Source of the DNA: Centroscyllium fabricii
Lineage: Eukaryota
Direction of reading: 5' to 3'
Assembly: GCA_051313645.2 (NCBI GenBank)
Contig: JBNRSN020000006.1
Span: forward strand, 68,510,001 to 68,574,000
DNA length: 64,000 bases
Positions 63,801 to 64,000 of the stretch are shown piece after piece. The notes beneath the pieces were generated by a model, which had not been told where the DNA came from, did not search any database, and saw only the letters and a program-made list of their open reading frames with translations. The position numbers were made by a program, and so were the translations under genes. Positions within the stretch are counted from its first letter, which is position 1. Each line of letters opens with the position of its first letter.

Positions 63801-64000
63801 GGAGAGCGATGCGTCCGACTTTGCCCTGGCCGCCACCCTTAACCAGGTGGGCAGACCTGTGGCCTTCTTCTCCCGGACCCTCCAAGGCCACGAGACTAGA
63901 CACTGCTCTGTCGAGAAGGAGGCCCAGGCCATAGTGGAAGCTGTGCGCCACTGGAGACATTACCTGGCCGGTCAACAGTTTACCCTGCTCACTGACCAGC
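60860..64000 (+). mobile_element. Ty3/Gypsy element E: 5' LTR 60860-61085, gag, protease, RT, RNase H; runs off the window
   Basis: TG...CA LTR; gag from 61110 with CYFC..C and CTRCQKKGHYASVC; CLFDSGSTASFV; PYLDNV; VESDASDF. Confidence 0.93.
63114..63524 (+). mobile_element. HE1-type V-SINE inserted in the RT of E
   Basis: Interrupts RLAI...VVENG. Confidence 0.92.

Overview
Eukaryotic, repeat-saturated DNA with no recognisable host gene. HE1-type V-SINEs, a DeuSINE and a HER1/CR1 LINE point to a cartilaginous fish (inference). The window contains: five decayed copies from distinct families of one Ty3/Gypsy lineage with twin-CCHC Gag (called A-E here); a near-intact CsRn1-type Gypsy; another Gypsy fragment; solo LTRs; CR1, L2 and RTE LINEs; SINEs; a full-length PIF/Harbinger transposon (transposase plus intron-containing Myb/SANT gene); many Harbinger-type MITEs; a Tigger-like MITE; and two Penelope-type hammerhead remnants. 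Nesting is deep, with target-site duplications (TSDs) readable at most junctions. The strongest signal is in the four A-E elements whose 5' end is visible (B-E). None has a tRNA primer-binding site (PBS). Instead, the 13-15 nt after the 5' LTR are the exact reverse complement of the LTR's own poly(A)-signal region, and this pairing co-varies between families. A co-varying U5-end hairpin and an inverted repeat covering the polypurine tract (PPT) accompany it. Together these suggest a tRNA-independent self-priming and/or poly(A)-occlusion system. All calls were made by eye, without database searches; boundaries lacking a TSD are approximate.
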